Part shown: piece by piece, positions 63,482-64,000 of the stretch | How the letters are laid out: the number at the start of each line of letters is the position of its first letter | Numbering within the stretch: position 1 is the stretch's first letter | NCBI GenBank assembly: GCA_964533715.1 | Contig: CAZHNI010000002.1 | Span: forward strand, 46,496 to 110,495 | DNA: 64,000 bases | Reading direction: 5' to 3' | DNA from: an uncultured Gammaproteobacteria bacterium | GTDB taxonomy: Bacteria > Patescibacteriota > Patescibacteriia > Magasanikbacterales > GWA2-37-8 | Made by a program: the position numbers and the translations under genes | Notes under the pieces: generated by a model | What the model was told of the DNA's origin: nothing | Databases searched by the model: none | Seen by the model: only the letters and a program-made list of their open reading frames with translations

Positions 63482-64000
63482 TTTTATTTTTTTGCACGTT
63501 GGTCTTGGCTCAATGGGGAAAAGACGAATTAGAAATTTATTGCACTGCGGTATAAGCCGTGATAAAATTTTTGGTTTTGATTTTTCCGAAAATCGCGCTG
63601 ATGAAGTGGCGAAGGAGTATGGTATTAAGACCTTCAGCAATTTTGAGAGGGCGGTGGCTGAGACCAAGCCCAGCGCGCTTATTATTTCCACCCCTCCAAA
63701 CCAACACCATTCATATTTTTTGTTTGCCGCCAAAAATAAAATTAATTTTTTTGTTGAAGTAACAACTCGGGAAGATGGCTATGATGAACTTTTTTCGTTG
63801 CTCGATGATTCTTTTGTGGCGGCGCCATCTTGTACGTACCGTTATTTTCCGGCCGTAAAAAAGATGAAAGAAGTTATAAACTCAAATATCATCGGAAGAC
63901 CGCTCTCGTTCAATCACTACTTGGGTCAATATCTGCCAGATTGGCACCCGTATGAAGACTATCGTAAAGTATACTTTGCTCAGAAAGATACTGGCGGCTG
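63468..64000 (+). CDS. Second Gfo/Idh/MocA-family oxidoreductase (5' part only; runs off the window end)
   Basis: Open frame from the ATG at 63468 (MDRNNFIFLHVGLGSMGKRRI...) to the window end, overlapping the upstream stop. Not in the ORF table because it has no stop inside the window. Confidence 0.6.
   Translation, partial: MDRNNFIFLHVGLGSMGKRRIRNLLHCGISRDKIFGFDFSENRADEVAKEYGIKTFSNFERAVAETKPSALIISTPPNQHHSYFLFAAKNKINFFVEVTTREDGYDELFSLLDDSFVAAPSCTYRYFPAVKKMKEVINSNIIGRPLSFNHYLGQYLPDWHPYEDYRKVYFAQKDTGG

Noticed and set aside
1-64000. CRISPR arrays, rRNA genes, transposase or integrase genes
   Set aside because: No regularly spaced direct repeats, no rRNA-like conserved stretches and no ORF with transposase or integrase motifs (DDE, tyrosine-recombinase R..H..R..Y) were seen. 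The only repeat families are the palindromic elements and the intragenic coding repeats.

Overview
This 64-kb window is a low-GC, gene-dense bacterial chromosomal segment. Native genes mostly lack an obvious Shine-Dalgarno motif, are tightly packed and often overlap by 4 nt (ATGA junctions). Reading along it: a tRNA-like 3' element with CCA, possibly the 3' end of tmRNA; several surface, S-layer-like or membrane-anchored proteins; metK behind a structured leader; a small HTH regulator with an array of palindromic TTGTATACA boxes; an ECF sigma / anti-sigma pair immediately upstream of a 1241-aa secreted Thr/Ser/Gly-rich protein; two paralogous O-antigen-ligase-domain + TPR membrane proteins; and, from about 24.4 kb to the end of the window, one very large glycan-biosynthesis super-locus. 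That locus has roughly 10 GT4-type, 3 GT2 and 3 GT39/ArnT-like glycosyltransferases, 6 SAM methyltransferases, two AsnB-type amidotransferases, two NeuA-family CMP-sugar cytidylyltransferases, a class-III aminotransferase, a C-N hydrolase, a deacetylase, a GtrA-like protein, an MsbA-like ABC exporter, Gfo/Idh/MocA oxidoreductases and a GT2 fused to an adenylate-forming ligase. The gene content (many glycosyltransferases, a DUF5667-like anti-sigma, O-antigen-ligase+TPR proteins, no SD) suggests a small-genome, CPR/Patescibacteria-like host, but that is inference. The most unusual signal is four short, sharply bounded high-GC islets (about 191-1215, 4430-5100, 19875-22100 and 54995-55925). Each carries 1-2 complete genes with perfect AGGAGG-type ribosome-binding sites: a type-2 pyrF, a lipoprotein, a TPR/Pro-rich membrane protein plus a Cys-rich PPDLT-repeat lipoprotein, and a helical hypothetical. 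Each is embedded in low-GC DNA and each lies next to a long hairpin or palindromic element. Two of these elements (5207-5375 and 22173-22330) are clearly homologous ~170-bp imperfect palindromes with TGTCATYC...GAAATGACAG-type termini (MITE-like). The first islet sits directly after the tRNA/tmRNA-like 3' end. No CRISPR arrays and no rRNA genes were seen. Long antisense ORFs inside the high-GC islets are judged spurious.
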